NCBI GenBank assembly: GCA_963575745.1
Contig: CAUYUJ010000111.1
Coordinates: forward strand, 62,001-118,113
Source: Prorocentrum cordatum
Taxonomy: Eukaryota
DNA: 56,113 nucleotides
Reading direction: 5' to 3'
Shown: one piece after another, positions 1 to 13,656 of the stretch
Layout of the letters: each line of letters opens with the position of its first letter
How positions within the stretch are numbered: the stretch's first letter is position 1
Position numbers and translations under genes: made by a program
The notes under the pieces: generated by a model
Seen by the model: only the letters and a program-made list of their open reading frames with translations
Database searches by the model: none
Told to the model about the DNA's origin: nothing

Positions 1-10
1 TAATCAGTGC

Positions 11-835
11 GTGGCCAGCTTCGAGGGCATCGAGGCATCGTCAGCGGTCTATTGGGACAAATCTATTCGAACGGGAGGAGTAGAGGGACCTATGATTTTT
101 CTGGCAGTTTCTATTGTACTCTGGAGAGATGTTATCGACAGATGGAGGCAAGAAACGCAGTACGGCATCAAATTGGAAAATGATGAGCGCATGTTCAATG
201 GTGAGCGTATGACCCACAGTTTCTGGGCAGATAATCTTTTGTTGTATGCGAAGACCCGCACTGACCTTGAGTTGATGGTGCGTGACATGAGTATCCCCCT
301 GATGAATGCAGGAATGACCTGGAAGCCGAAATCTTTGATGTATATTTACTTTGGTGCGCCGCCTGGCATCCCGCCGTCCCCTGAGCAGGATATCCGTGTG
401 CTGGTGCCGTCTAGTGACGCCGCTCTTGGGACCCGAGAAGTGGTCCTACCGCGTGTTCAAGCGTTTGAGATCCTGGGAGCCACTCTGGAGGAGACCTGGA
501 AGGACCACTCGGACTCAGAGGCCATGCTCCAGAAAGCCCAGAGGATGTTCTTTGGGGAAATCGCGTATTACCGCTGTTCTGGGATTGGCTTGGCTGAAAG
601 ATTTACTCGCTATCAAGCTAAAGTGATTGCTGCATTATTATTCAACTGTGAGGGCAGAACGCCCCAGGTATACGCAAGCGGAGAACTGAAGGCTGGTCTG
701 AGTTTCAACGTAGGCGATACAAAGCGGGGCGACAGAGTTTTGCTGGACTTGGATTCCGAAGTGCGGTGCAGATATGGATATTTCGTTGTTGGGATTGGGC
801 TAAGGATGTCTCAGTTGCTGCAAGTATTCGTATGA
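11..835 (+). pseudogene. Reverse transcriptase C-terminal/thumb fragment of LINE copy 1; frame disrupted near 660-770
   Basis: IRTGGVEGP, HSFWADN, MTWKPKSL, FEILG and LLFNCEG match IRTGGPEGP, HFLWADN, MRWKESSL, MEVLG and VLYAAEG in copy 3. Homology continues in a different frame (766..2034). Confidence 0.8.
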
Positions 836-2034
836 GGAGATACACAACACACACAGAGGAGGAGGAGGGAGAGACGGTACCAAATCGGCGTCAGAGGAAA
901 ACTCGGGCGATGGCGGCGGCGGCGACTTCTCAAACATATCATGTATCTCAGATATCCCAGATGTCGAGTGGCTGTCGCCGGCGTACACCAGATGATCAGC
1001 CTGCCATACCTGAGGAGTCGGACATGTCACGTGAATGGATGATATCTAGGCTGGCCATGTTACATGGAAGGGGGAAGTGGACGGAACATCGTGACACATG
1101 TATTCTAGCAATGCCTGTAAAAGATAGGAAGCAGCTGACACGCATGAACATAGGCGGCCGCCCCCGTGGACATACTGCGTGGGACTGGTGCTTGTGCGAT
1201 CTCTTTGGTTGTGAGTGGTACCTCTCATTCGACAGTTCCGCTGGGTCCCGTGAGAAATACTGCAAGCATTTGCTGACTGTGATTGGTATGCAACACTTGT
1301 TCGACTTGTTTGTTCTACCCAGGCCGCCTGGTGTGAGACATGTGAAGGCAGAGGAGGAGGAGGAGAGTGAGATGAATGAGAGGATGAGCAAACGTATTGC
1401 CGCTAATTTTGAGAATGAAACGGAGTGGAGGTGTGAGAATATTGAGCGTCTTGGGATGGAGATCTTGGGAGATAGTAAGACTGTTGTAAACTGGATGTGT
1501 GGTGAGTGGCAGATTCGCAACAAGCAGTATGTACGACTGGTGGGAACACTACAAAATACGGTATCGATGCTGTCTGGATGGGGACTGACCTCACCTGCAT
1601 CGGGACAGAATCTGTATAAGCATTTCTTTCGTGAGGGTAATGAGCGTGCGGATAAATTGTCGTGGGAGGCCAGAGGTGGCCAAACTATTACTCGCTGGTT
1701 TGCATATGATAAGTTCCTCAGTACTCGTAAGACTGCTCTCCGTGGTGCATTCGATGGGGGTGTCAGTAATGAAGGATGTGGAGGTGGGTGGTGGCTTCAG
1801 ATTGGCGTTGTAGGTAGGGGTTCCAGCGTGCAGGTTGATTTTCCCATCTCCTCCTCCTCCTCCTCCTCCTCTTCCTCCTGCACCAGCTCGCACAGCTTCC
1901 ATTGGCACGATGTGGCCGAGGAGGCGATGAGCTTGCCTCCTGGTAGCACGGTAACCTGCTGTGAACTAGCTGCCTGCGCTGCCCTGACGAGAGCTGCTGC
2001 TAAGGTGGCGTGCGCTCTGCTACGACCTACCTAA
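766..2034 (+). pseudogene. C-terminal part of LINE copy 1 ORF2 with RNase H-like domain in permuted motif order
   Basis: Motif order GDS(1468)..VVNW, HFFREGNERADKL(1621), AFDGG(1747)..GGGW, TVTCCEL(1948), the same as in copy 3. Confidence 0.8.
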
Positions 2035-5000
2035 GATGGTGGGGGCTCAGTTGCACTGCTCCGCCGATTCGGATTCGGATTCTAGTGGCGGACCGCAAAC
2101 CGCAAAAAAAACAAAGGTTGATGGTTTACCGCCGGGGCGCCCAGTGGACGCTACCAAGTACCTCGTAACTCGTAGAGCTTCGCGCAGTCGGTTTTATCAA
2201 GATAATTCGAGCTTCAGAACAGCTACAGAGCTGGTAAGCACAGCTAATCGATTCAGAATGATCAGGCGCGTTCGCCTGTTGAAACCAGAGGTCTGAACTC
2301 GGTCTGCTAGCCGAGCTAGGTCCGCAAACCTATTCGTATTATTCGAGTCATCTTGACAGACGCTTTCGGTTTTCAGTACTTAGCTCGAGCTACAGGACAG
2401 CTACAGAGCTGATACGTACAGAATCTGATTCAGAATCATCAGTGGCCGTTGTCTGTTGAATGCAAAGCACAGAACTCGGTCTCCTGCCCGATCTAGAATC
2501 GCGAAACTATTCGTATTGTTCGAGTCATCTTGAGACATGCTGTCGGTTCTCTGCACTTAACTCGGGCTGTAGGGCCATGGCTGGTAATCACTGGAATCGA
2601 TTCGAAGACATCAGACGTGTCCGCCTTTCGAACCCAGAGCTCCGAACTCTGTCTGCTGCCCAAACTAGGTCCGCGAAACTATTCGTATTGTTCGAGTCAT
2701 CCTGAGAGGTGCTCTCTGCACTTAACTCGGGCTGTAGGGGGGGCTGCAGGGCTGGTAATCACAGGAATCGATTCAGAGACATCAGACGCGTCCGCCTGTC
2801 GCATTCAGAGGCCTGAACTTGGTCTGATACTCGAGCTAGGTTTGTTAAACTAGTCGTATTGTTCGAGTTATCTTCAGGGTTGCTGTCGATTTACACAGAA
2901 CTCGGGCTGTAGGAGAGCTACAGCTCAAACAGAAGAATCCAGAAGCATCGGGGGCGTTCGGCTGTTGCATCGAGAGGTCTGAAATCGCTTGGGCTGAAAA
3001 ACTGCTTGTTCTGCATTTTTTTTCGACATTATATATTGTCAGGAAGCTCTACGAGTCCCCCGGCGGTAAGAAAGGTTGACGGTTTACCGCCGGCGCCCAG
3101 TGGACGCTACCAAGTGGACGCTACCAAGTACCTCGTAACTCGTAGAGCTTCCCTTAGCAAGTACCTCGTAGAGCTCTTCGAAGCTGAGCTAAGAGGAATT
3201 CGGGCGCAGGGTGGAGCTAGTTGGCCGACCGCGCATTAAGAGACAATATGTTAACTTTGGGTCGAGTTTCTAATGTTTGTGCAAAATTTGAAAATTCGTT
3301 TTGAGAGCGGGTATTTTTTTCACGTGTAGTAGGTTATGCCGCGACTGCCAGTTAAATTCTCAGGTCCGTAGCTGCAATATTACTATCAAAACACTTGCTG
3401 GAACCGACGGCCGTTTCGAGTCATCTTGACGCGCATTAACGGTTTCTGTACTTATCTCGGGATATAGGACAGCTGCAGAGCTGATGCTTACAGAAACGAA
3501 TTTGGAATCATGAGGCGCGTTCATCTGTTCGATCTACAGCTCTGAACTCGGTCTGCTGCTCGAGCTGGGTCTGCAAACTTATTTGTATTCTTCGAGTCAT
3601 TTTGACGAGTGTTGTCCGTTTTCTGTACTGAACTCGCGATATCTTGAAACAAAATCTCAATGTGTAGTGGGCAGCGCCGCGCAAGAAAGCTCTACGAGGC
3701 TCCCGGTGGTAACCTGGTCGACGGTTTACCGCCGGCTCCCAGTTATTGCTGGAAGCTAAGAGTAATTCCGGCGCGCTGGAGAGCTAGTTGGCTCGAAAAA
3801 TCTCGACGGAACTTTTGCTGACTTTTGGTCGGTTGAAAATTTTGTTCTCAAAATTTGAACATTCGTTAGAGCTCTAGTATGTTTTCCCGTGATATTCGAT
3901 CTTATTCCCGCTCGCCATCTTGATCTCAGAGCGATCGGGTGAATATTATTATCGAACAGCACTGTGGCGGGATCGGCCGTTTTGAGTCATCTTGATACGG
4001 GTTGACGGTTTTCTGAACATAACTCGAGCTTTAGGACAGATACAGAGCTGGTAAGCGCAGCTAATCGATGTAGAATGATTCGGCGCGTTCGGCTGTTGAA
4101 TCCATAGCTCTGAACTCGGTGTGTTCGCCGAGTTAGGTCCGCAAACCTATTTGTATTATTCGAGTCATCTTGACAGGAACTCTCGGTTTTCTGTACTTAA
4201 CTCGAGCTGTAGGACAGCTACAGAGCTCATATTCACAGAAACCGGTTTAAAATGAGCAGTTGCTTTTGTTTGTCGAATCGAGAGCTCTAAACTCGGTCTG
4301 CTGCCCGATCTAGAATCGCGAAACTATTCGTATTGTTTGGTCGAGTCATCTTGAGAAGTGCTCTTGGTTTTCTTCACTCAACTCGCGCTAAGGGGCGCTA
4401 CACTGCTGGTGGTCACATGACTCGATTTGAAGACATGAGGCGCGTCCGTCTGTCGAATGCAGAGCTCGGAACTCGGTCTGCTGCCCGAATTAGGTCTGCG
4501 AAACTACTGCATTGTTCGAGTCATCCTGAGAGGTGTTGTCGGTTTTTCTGCACTTAACTCGGGCTGTAGGGGGGCTGCATGGCTGGTAATGACAGGAGTC
4601 GATTCGCAGACAGACGCGTCCGCCTGTCGCATTCAGAGGTCAAAAAATATTCACTATAAGTCGGAATGTTGGTATTTGCTGTCGGTTTTCTCAACTTAAG
4701 TCGAGCTAGGAAGCTCTACGAGTCTCCCGGCGGTAACCAAGGTTGACGGTTTACCGCCGGCGCCCAGTAGAGCTTCTCGGCGTCGATGAGCTAGAGGAAT
4801 TCCGGCGCGGGGTGGAGTTAGTTGGTCGACCCGACCAGAAAAGAAGATGTGATAACTTTTGGTCGGTTTTGCAATTGTTTAAAAGATATTTGACAATTCA
4901 TTTTGAGAAAGCAGATTTCTACTCCGAGCATTGGTATCTTAACTTTGTTTTCTGAGCAGCTCAGCTCTCTAGGCGCACTTCTACTATCGAAACACTTGGA

Positions 5001-7755
5001 GGAACCATCATCATGTCGACACGAAAAAAAAACATTTTTCTCTTTTTTGAGAAATGTTTCGAGAAGCTCTCTCTTTCGGTTCTGAGCACTCTTACACGTG
5101 GAAGGAGCTCTACGAGGTTCCCGGCGGTGACGAGGTTGACGGTTCACCGCCGGCGCCAGTGCTAATATTTGAAAGATATTTGACAATTCATTTTAATAAA
5201 GCAGATTTTGCGCGTCACATTGGCATAAAAACTCTTCTCTGACAGCAGTTCAGCTCTGCCGATGCATTTTCGCATGAGATGACTTCCAGGAAATGAGTGA
5301 ATATAAATATCGAAAAAATCCCAAATTAAGTTTTCCGAAAAATCTCTATTTTTTCACTCTGTGTCGATTCTCTGCATTCTCACGAGTGAGGAGAGCTCTA
5401 CGAGGTTCCCGGCGGTGACCAGGTTGACGGTTCACCGCAGGCGCCAGTAATTCGGCGCGCTGGAGAGCTAGTTGGCAAGAAAAATCTCGACGGAAGTTTT
5501 GATGACTTTTGCTCAGTTGAAACTTATGTTCTCAAAATTTGACAATTCGTTAGAGCTCTAGTATTTTTTCCCGTGATATTCGATCTTATTCCCGCTCGCC
5601 ATCTTGATCTCAGCTCGATCGGGTGAATATTACAATCGAAAAGCACTGTGGCGGAATCGGCCGTTTCGAGTCATCTTGATACGCACTGACAGTTTTCTGA
5701 ACATAATTCGAGCTTTAGGACAGCTACAGAGCTGGGAAGCACAGCTAAACGATTTAGAATGATTAGGCGCGTTCCCCTGTTGAATCCAGAGGTCTCAACT
5801 CGGTCTGTTAGCCGAGCTAGGTCCGCGAACCTATTTGTATTATTCGAGTCATCTTGATAGGAACTCTCCGTTTTCTATACTTAACTCGAGCTGTAGGACA
5901 GCTACAGAGCTGCTATTTACAGAAACCGATTTAGAATCAGAGCTCTGAACTCGGTCTGTGCCCGATCTAGAATCGCAAAACTATTCGTATTGGTCGAATC
6001 ATCTTGAGAAGTGCTCTCGGTTTTCTTCACTCAACTCGCGCTGAGGGAGGATACAGTGCTGGTGGTCACAGGGATACAGTGCTGGTGGTGAGGGGGAATC
6101 GATTTGAAGACATCAGGCGCGTCCGCCTGTCGAATCCAGAGCTCGGAACTCGGTCTGCTGCCCGAATTAGGTCTGCGAAACTATTCGTACTGTTCGAGTC
6201 ATCCTGAGAGGTGCTATCGGTTTTCTGCACTTAACTCGGGCTGTAGGGGGGCTGCAGGGCTGGTAATGACAGGAGTCGATTCGCAGACATCAGACGCGTC
6301 CGCCTGTCTTCAGATGTCAAAAAATATTTACTCTGATTCGGAATGTTGGTAGATGCTGTCGGTTTTCTCAACTTAAGTCGAGCTAGGAAGCTCTACGAGT
6401 CTCCCGGCGGTAACCAAGGTTGACGGTTTACCGCCGGCGCCCAGTTCCGGGGCTCTGGAGATCACGTAACTCGTAGAGCTTTCCTTGGCAAGTTGTTGCT
6501 GGAAGCTTAAGAGTAATTGCGGGGCGCTGGAGAGCTAGTAACTCGTAGAGCTTCTCTCAAGTTTTTGCTGGAAGCTTAAGAGTAATTCCGGCGCGCTGGA
6601 GAGCTAGTTGGCAAGAAAAATGTCGACGGACCTTTTGGTGACTTTTGGTCGGTTGAAAATTTTGTTCTCGAAATTCAATCATTCGTTTGAGCTCTAGTAT
6701 TTTTCCCGTGATATTCGATCTTATTCCCGCTCGCCGTCTTGATCTCAGCTCGATTGGGTATCTTTTACTGCCAAAAAGCACTCCGGCGGGATCGGCCGTT
6801 TCGAGTCATCTTGATACGCGCTGTCGGTATATTGGACTCAACTCGAGATATAGGACAGCTACAGAGCTGGTAAGCACAGCTAATCGATTCAGAATGATCA
6901 GGCGCGTTCGCCTGTTAAACCCAGAGGTTTGAACTCAGTCTGCTAGCCGAGCTAGGTCCGCAAACCTATTCGTATTATTCGAGTCATCTTGTCAGGCGCT
7001 CTCGGTTTTCTGTACTCAACTCGAGCTACAGGACAGCTACAGAGCCGATACGTACAGAATCTGATTCAGAATCATCAGTGGCCGTTGTCTGTTGAATCGA
7101 GAGCTCTGAACTCGGTCTGCGACCCGATCTAGAATCGCGAAACTATTCGTAGTGTTCGAGTCATTTTGAGAGATGCTGTCGGTTCTCTGCACTTAACTCG
7201 GGCTGTAGGGGGGCTGCATGGCTGGTAATCGCTGAAATCGATTCGAGAACATCAGGCGCGTCTGCCTTTCGAATCCAGAGCTCCGAACTCTGTCTGCTGC
7301 CCGAACTAGGTGCGCGAACCTATTCGTATTGTTCGAGTCATCCTGAGAGGTGCTGTCGGTTTCCTGCACTTAACTCGGGCTTTAGGGGGGGCTGCAGGGC
7401 TGGTAATCACAGGAATCGATTCAGCGACATCAGACGCGTCTGCCAGTCGCATGCAGAGGTCTGAAAACGGTCTGATACTCGAGCTAGGTTTGCCAAATTA
7501 TTTGTATTCTCCGAGTCATCTTGAGAGGTGCTGTCGATTTACGCACGTAACTCGGGCTGTAGGAGAGCTACACAGCTCGTACAGAAGACAATCCAGAAGC
7601 ATCGGGGGCGTTCGGCTGTTGCATCCGAGGGGTCTGAAATTGCTTGGGCTGATTTTTTTTGTTATGTGTAGTTTTTTTCGACATTATATGTTGTCAGGAA
7701 GCTCTTCGAGTCCCCCGGCGGTAACAAAGGTTGACGGTTTACCGCCGGCGCCCAG

Positions 7756-10044
7756 TTGGCAAGAAAAATCTCGACGGAACTTTTGCTGACTTTTGGTCGG
7801 TTGAAAATTTTGTTCTCGAAATTCAACCATTCGTTAGAGCTCTAATATTTTTTCCCGTGATATTCGATCTTATTCCCGCTCGCCATCTTGATCTCAGCTC
7901 GATCGGGTACCTTTTACTGCCAAAAAGCACACGGGCGGGATCAGCCGTTTCGAGTCATCTTAATACGCGGTGACGGTTCTATCAAGATAACTCGAGCTTC
8001 AGGACAGCTACAGAGCTGGTAAGCACAGCTAATCGATTCAGAATGATCAGGCGCGTTCGCCTGTTGAACGCAGAGCTCTGAACTCGGTCTGCTAGCCGAG
8101 CTAGGTCCGCAAACCTATTCGTATTATTCGAGTCATCTTGACAGACACTCTCGGTTTTCTGTACTTAACTCCAGCTACAGGACAGCTACAGAGCTGATGC
8201 GTACAGAATCTGATTCAGGATCATCAGTCGCCATTGTCTGTTGAATCCAGAGCTCTGAACTCGGTCTGCTGCTCGATCTAGAATCGCGAAACGTATCGTT
8301 CGAGTCATTTTGAGAGATGCTGTCGGTTCTCTGCACTTAACTCGGGCTGTAGGGGGGCTGCATGGCTGGTAATCACTGGAAACGATTCGGAAACATCAGG
8401 CGCGTCCGCCTTTCGAATCCAGAGCTCCGAACTCTGTCTGCTGCCCGAACTAGGTCCGCGAAGCTATTCGTATTGTTCGAGTCAATCTGAGAGGCGCTGT
8501 CGGTTTCCTGCATTAACTCGGGCTGTAGGGGGGGCTGCAGGGCTGGTAATCACAGGAATCGATTCAGAGACATCAGACGCGTCCGACTGGTGCATGCAGA
8601 GGTCTGAACTCGGTCTGATACTCGAGCTAGGTTTGCCAAACTATTCGTATTGTTGGAGTCATCTTGAGAGGTGCGGTCGATTTACGCACGTAACTCGGAT
8701 TGTAGGAGAGCTACAGAGCTCGTGCAGAAGACAATCCAGAAGCATGGGGGGCGTTCGGCTGTTGCATCCGAGAGGTCTGAAACTGCTTGGGCTGAACAAC
8801 TATTTTCTCTGTGTAATTTTTTCGACATTATATGTTGTCAGGAAGCTCTACGACCCCTCCGGCGGTAACAAAGGTTGACGGTTTACCGCCGGCGCCCAGT
8901 TGGCAAGAAAAATATCGACGGAACTTTTGCTGACTTTTGGTCGGTTGAAAATTTTGTTCTCGAAATTCAACCATTCGTTAGAGCTCTAGTATTTTTTCCC
9001 GTGATATTCGATCTTATTCCCGCTCGCCATCTTGATCTCAGCTCGATCGGGTACCTTTTACTGCCAAAAAGCACACGGGCGGGATCAGCCGTTTCGAGTC
9101 ATCTTAATACGCGGTGACGGTTTTATCAAGATAACTCGAGCTTCAGGACAGCTACAGAGCTGGTAAGCACAGCTAATCGATTCAGAATGATCAGGCGCGT
9201 TCGCCTGTTGAACCCAGAGGTCTGAACTCGGTCTGCTAGCCGAGCTAGATCCGCAAACCTATTCGTATTATTCGAGTCATCTTGACAGACACTCTCGGTT
9301 TTCTGTACTCAACTCGAGCTACAGGACAGCTACAGAGCTGATACGTACAGAATCTGATTCAGGATCATCAGTCGCCATTGTCTGTTGAATCCAGAGCTCT
9401 GAACTCGGTCTGCTGCTCGATCTAGAATCGCGAAACGTATCGTTCGAGTCATTTTGAGAGATGCTGTCGGTTCTCTGCACTTAACTCGGGCTGTAGGGGG
9501 GCTGCATGGCTGGTAATCACTGGAATCGATTCGGAAACATCAGGCGCGTCCGCCTTTCGAATCCAGAGTTCCGAACTCTGTCTGCTGCCCGAACTAGGTC
9601 CGCGAAACTATTCGTATTGTTCGAGTCAATCTGAGAGGCGCTGTCGGTTTCCTGCATTAACTCGGGCTGTAGGGGGGGCTGCAGGGCTGGTAATCACAGG
9701 AATCGATTCAGAGACATCAGACGCGTCCGCCTGGTGCATGCAGAGGTCTGAACTCGGTCTGATACTCGAGCTAGGTTTGCCAAACTATTCGTATTGTTGG
9801 AGTCATCTTGAGAGGTGCGGTCGATTTACGCACGTAACTCGGGCTGTAGGAGAGCTACAGAGCTCGTACAGAAGACAATCCAGAAGCATGGGGGGCGTTC
9901 GGCTGTTGCATCCGAGAGGTCTGATATTGCTTAGGCTGAAAAATTATTTTTTCGGTGTATTTTTTTTCGACATTATATGTTGTCAGGAAGCTCTACGAGT
10001 CCCCCGGCGGTAACAAAGGTTGACGGTTTACCGCCGGCGCCCAG
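7756..10044 (+). repeat. Two near-identical tandem units (7756-8899, 8900-10044) with an internal ~177-bp monomer
   Basis: The GAGTCA landmark recurs at about 7951, 8129, 8301, 8478 and 8655 (spacing 172-178). Both units share the same short deletion (gcgaaacgtatcgttcg). Confidence 0.9.
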
Positions 10045-11399
10045 TTGGCTAGAAAAATCTCGACGGACATTTTGAGGAATTTTGGTCGGTTGAAAATTTT
10101 GTTCTCGGAATTCAACCATTCGTGAGAGCTCTAGTACTTTTTCCCGTGATATTCGATCTTATTCCCCCTCGCCATCTTGATCTCAGCTCGATCGGGTACC
10201 TTTTACTGCCAAAAAGCACTGCGGCGGGATCGGCCGTTTCGAGTCATCTTGATTCGCGCTGTCGCTATACTGAACTTAACTCGAGATATAGGACAGCTAC
10301 AAAGCTGGTAAGCACACCTTATCTATTCAGAATGATCAGGCGCGTTCGGCTGTTCCAACCAGAGGTCTGAACTCGGTCTGCTAGCCGAGCTAGGTCCGCA
10401 AACCTATTCGTATTATTCGAGTCATCTTGACAGGCGCTCTCGGTTTTCTGTACTTAACTCGAGCTATAGGACAGCTACAGGGATGATACTTACAGAAACC
10501 GCTTCAGAATCATCAGTCGCGTTTGTCTGTTGAATCCCGAGCTCTGAACTCGGTTAGCTGCCCGATCCAGAATCGCGAAACTGTTCGTATTGTTCGAGTC
10601 ATCTTGAGAGGTGCCGTCGGTTTCCTGCACTTAACTCGGGCTGTAGGGGGGCTACAGTGCTGGTGGTGACAGCAATCGGTTTGGAGACATCAGCCGCGTC
10701 CGCCTGTCGAATCCAGAGCTCGAAACTCGGTCTGCTGTCCGAACTGGGTCCGCGAAATTATTCGTATTGTTCCAGTCACCCTGAGAGGTGCTGTCGGTTT
10801 TCTGCACTGAACTCGAGCTGTAGGGGGGCTGCAGGGCGGGTAATCACAGGAATCGATTGGGAGACATCAGACGTCCGCCTGTCGCATTCAGAGGTCTGAA
10901 CTCGGTCTGATACTCGAGCTGGGTTCGCCAAACTATTCGTTTTGTTCGAGTCATCTTGAGAGGTGCTGTCGATTGACGCACGTAACTCGGGTTCTAGGAG
11001 AGCTACAGAGCTCGTACAGAAGACAATCCAGAAGCATCGGGGGGCGTTCGGCTGTTGCATCGAGAGGTCTGAAATGGCTTGGGCTGAAAAACTATTCGTT
11101 CTCTGCATTTTTTCGACATTATATATTGTCAGGAAGCTCTACGAGTCCCCCGGCGGTAACAAAGGTTGACGGTTTACCGCCGGCGCCCAGTTGGTCGACC
11201 CGGCCAGAAAGGACAAAGTGGTAACTTTCGGGTGGTTTTGCAATTTTTTGAAAGATATTTGGCAATTCATTTTGAGAAAGCAGATTTTTCGCACCTGTAA
11301 ACGACTATGAGGGCCTCTCTGTCTTAATATGAGCTCTGTAGCCGCACTTTTACTATCAAAACACTTGGCGGAACCATCTTCATGTCGACACGAAAAAAT

Positions 11400-11401
<2 letters not shown>

Positions 11402-11477
<76 letters not shown>
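11402..11477 (+). repeat. Poly(T) tract of 76 nt inside a short type-B array unit
   Basis: The homologous position in the next unit (~11890) reads catgttttctatttt. Confidence 0.9.
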
Positions 11478-11479
<2 letters not shown>

Positions 11480-13184
11480 CTCGAGAAATGCTTCCAGAAG
11501 CTCTCTCTTTCGACTCCGAGCACTCTTACGCGTGAAATGAGCTCTACGAGGTTCCCGGCGGTGACCAGGTTGACGGTTCACCGCCGGCGCCAGTAACTCG
11601 TAGAGCTTCCCTCAGCAAGTACCTCGTAGAGCTCTTCGACATCGATGAGCTAGAGGAATTCCGGCGCGGGGTGGAGCTAGTTGGTCGACCCGACCAGAAA
11701 GGACAAAGTGACAACTTTTCGGTGTCTTTGTGAAAATTTGAAAGATTTTTGACCATTTATTTTGAGAAAGCAGATTTTTCGCACCTGTAGACGACTACGA
11801 GGGCCTCTGCGTCTTGATATGAGCTCTGTAGCCGCACTTTTACTGTCAAAACACTTGGCGAAACCAACTTTATGTCGACATGGAAAAAATCATGTTTTCT
11901 ATTTTCTGAGAAATGCTTCCAGAAGCCCTCTCTTTTCATGCTGAGCACTCTTAGGCATGCTAGGAGCTCTACGAGGTTCCCGGCGGTGACGAGGTTGACG
12001 GTTCACCGCCGGCGCCAGTTGTTGCTGGAAGCTTAAGAGTAATTCCGGGGCGCTGGACAGCTAGTTGGCAAGAAAAATCTCGACGGACCTTTTGATGACT
12101 TTTGGTCGGTTGAAAATTTCGTTCTCGAAATTCAACCATTCGTTAGAGCTCTAGTATTTTTTCCCGTAATATTCGATCTTATTCCCGCTCGCCATCTTGA
12201 TCTCAGCTCGGTCGGGTACTTTTTACTGCCAACAAGCACACGGGCGGGATCAGCCGTTTCGAGTCATCTTGTCACGTGGTAACGGTTTTCTTAACATAAC
12301 TCGAGCTTCATGACAGCTACAGAGCTGGTAAGCACACCTCATCGATTCAGAATGATCAGGCGCGCTCGCCTGTTGAACCCAGAGGTCTGAACTCGGTCTG
12401 CTAGCCGAGCTAGGTCTGCAAACCTATTCGTAGCATTCGAGTCATCTGGACATACGCTCTCGGTTTTCTGTACTTGACTCGAGCTACAGGACATCTACAG
12501 AGCTGATACGTACAGAATCTGATTCAGAATCATCAGTGGCCGTTGACTGTTGAATCCAGAGCTCTGAACTCGGTCTGCTGCCCGACCTAGAATCGCGAAA
12601 CTATTCGTATTGTTCGAGTCATCTTGAGAGATGCCGTCGGTTCTCTGCACTTCACTCGGGCTGTTGGGGGGCTGCAAGGCTGGTAATCACTGGAATCGAT
12701 TCGGAGACATCAGGCGCGTCCGTCTTTCGAATTCAGAGCTCCGAACTTTGTCTGCTGCCCGAACTAGGTCTGCGAAACTATTCGTATTGTTCGAGTCGTC
12801 CTGAGAGGTGCTGTCGGTTTCCTGCACTTAACTCGGGCTGTAGGGGGGGCTTCAGGGCTGGTAATCACAGGAATCGATTCAGAGACATCAGACGCGTCCG
12901 CCTCTCGCATGCAGAGGTCTGAACTCGGCCTGATACTCGAGCTAGGTGTGCCAAACTATTCGTATTGTTGGAGTCATCTTGAGAGGTGCTGTCGATTAAC
13001 GCACGTAACTCGGGCTGTAGGAATGCTACAGAGCTCGTACAGAAGACAATCCAGAAGCATCGGGGGCGTTCGGCTGTTGCATCCGAGAGGTCTGAAATTG
13101 CTTGGGCTGAAAAACTATTTTTTCTGTGTGATTTTCTTTCGACATTATATGTTGTCAGGAAGCTCTACGAGTCCCCCGGCGGTA

Positions 13185-13656
13185 GCTGATGAACTTACCC
13201 ATCTAGCACGGGAAGGCCAGATATTCAGAGAGCTGTTCCACCACCATATCTTTCGCCCTGATGTTCAAGACAACTTTCGAGTTATTGGCCTCCGCGGATC
13301 CTTCGACGGCGGAGTGTGTGCCCAAGGTGTGGGCGTCGGCTGGTTTCTGCAGATTGGATATATCCCTCGCTTCCATGATCCGTACCCTGACCCTGAACAT
13401 AGAGATAAGAGAGCTCGGGTAGTCTCCCTCTTCCCCCAAGCCTCCTCTCCTTGTCCAATCATATGGGAAGTAGTAGGGCGTTGTGCACAGGCACTCCCCT
13501 CCCATAGCAGTATCACTGACGCTGAGCTTTCGGGTCTCGAGGGCCTCTTGCGGGCCGCAGCCCAGGTGGCCCAAGACCTCCAGCTGCAGAGAGACTAGGT
13601 AGGCACTTAACGGGCGCTGGGGCGCTCGGTGCCTGGTCAGCCTCCCCCAAAAAAAA
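13185..13656 (+). mobile_element. 5'-truncated LINE, copy 2 (RNase H part, 3' UTR and A8)
   Basis: ADELTHLAREG..GSFDGG..GVGWFLQIG..SITDAEL is homologous to copies 1 and 3, with stop at 13598. Flanks are cccggcggta and caaaggttgacgg, so it splits one hairpin. Confidence 0.9.

Larger units (their letters stand above)
1..2111 (+). mobile_element. Non-LTR retrotransposon (LINE), 3' part, copy 1; its 5' part lies outside the window
   Basis: RT motifs (WDKSIRTGGVEGP, FWADN) and RNase H-like motifs align with the ORF2 at 17677-21597. Short 3' UTR, then A8 (2104-2111) joined to caaaggttga, the 3' half of the array hairpin. Confidence 0.9.

Noticed and set aside
2145..12018. Penelope/terminon pseudo-LTR array with hammerhead ribozymes, or a SINE array
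   Set aside because: I saw no conserved CTGANGA..GAAA core, poly(A) tails or Pol III boxes in the units. A covariance-model search was not run.
12909..13184. N-terminal part of the 229-aa track ORF
   Set aside because: Chance read-in from the array; LINE homology starts only at 13185.
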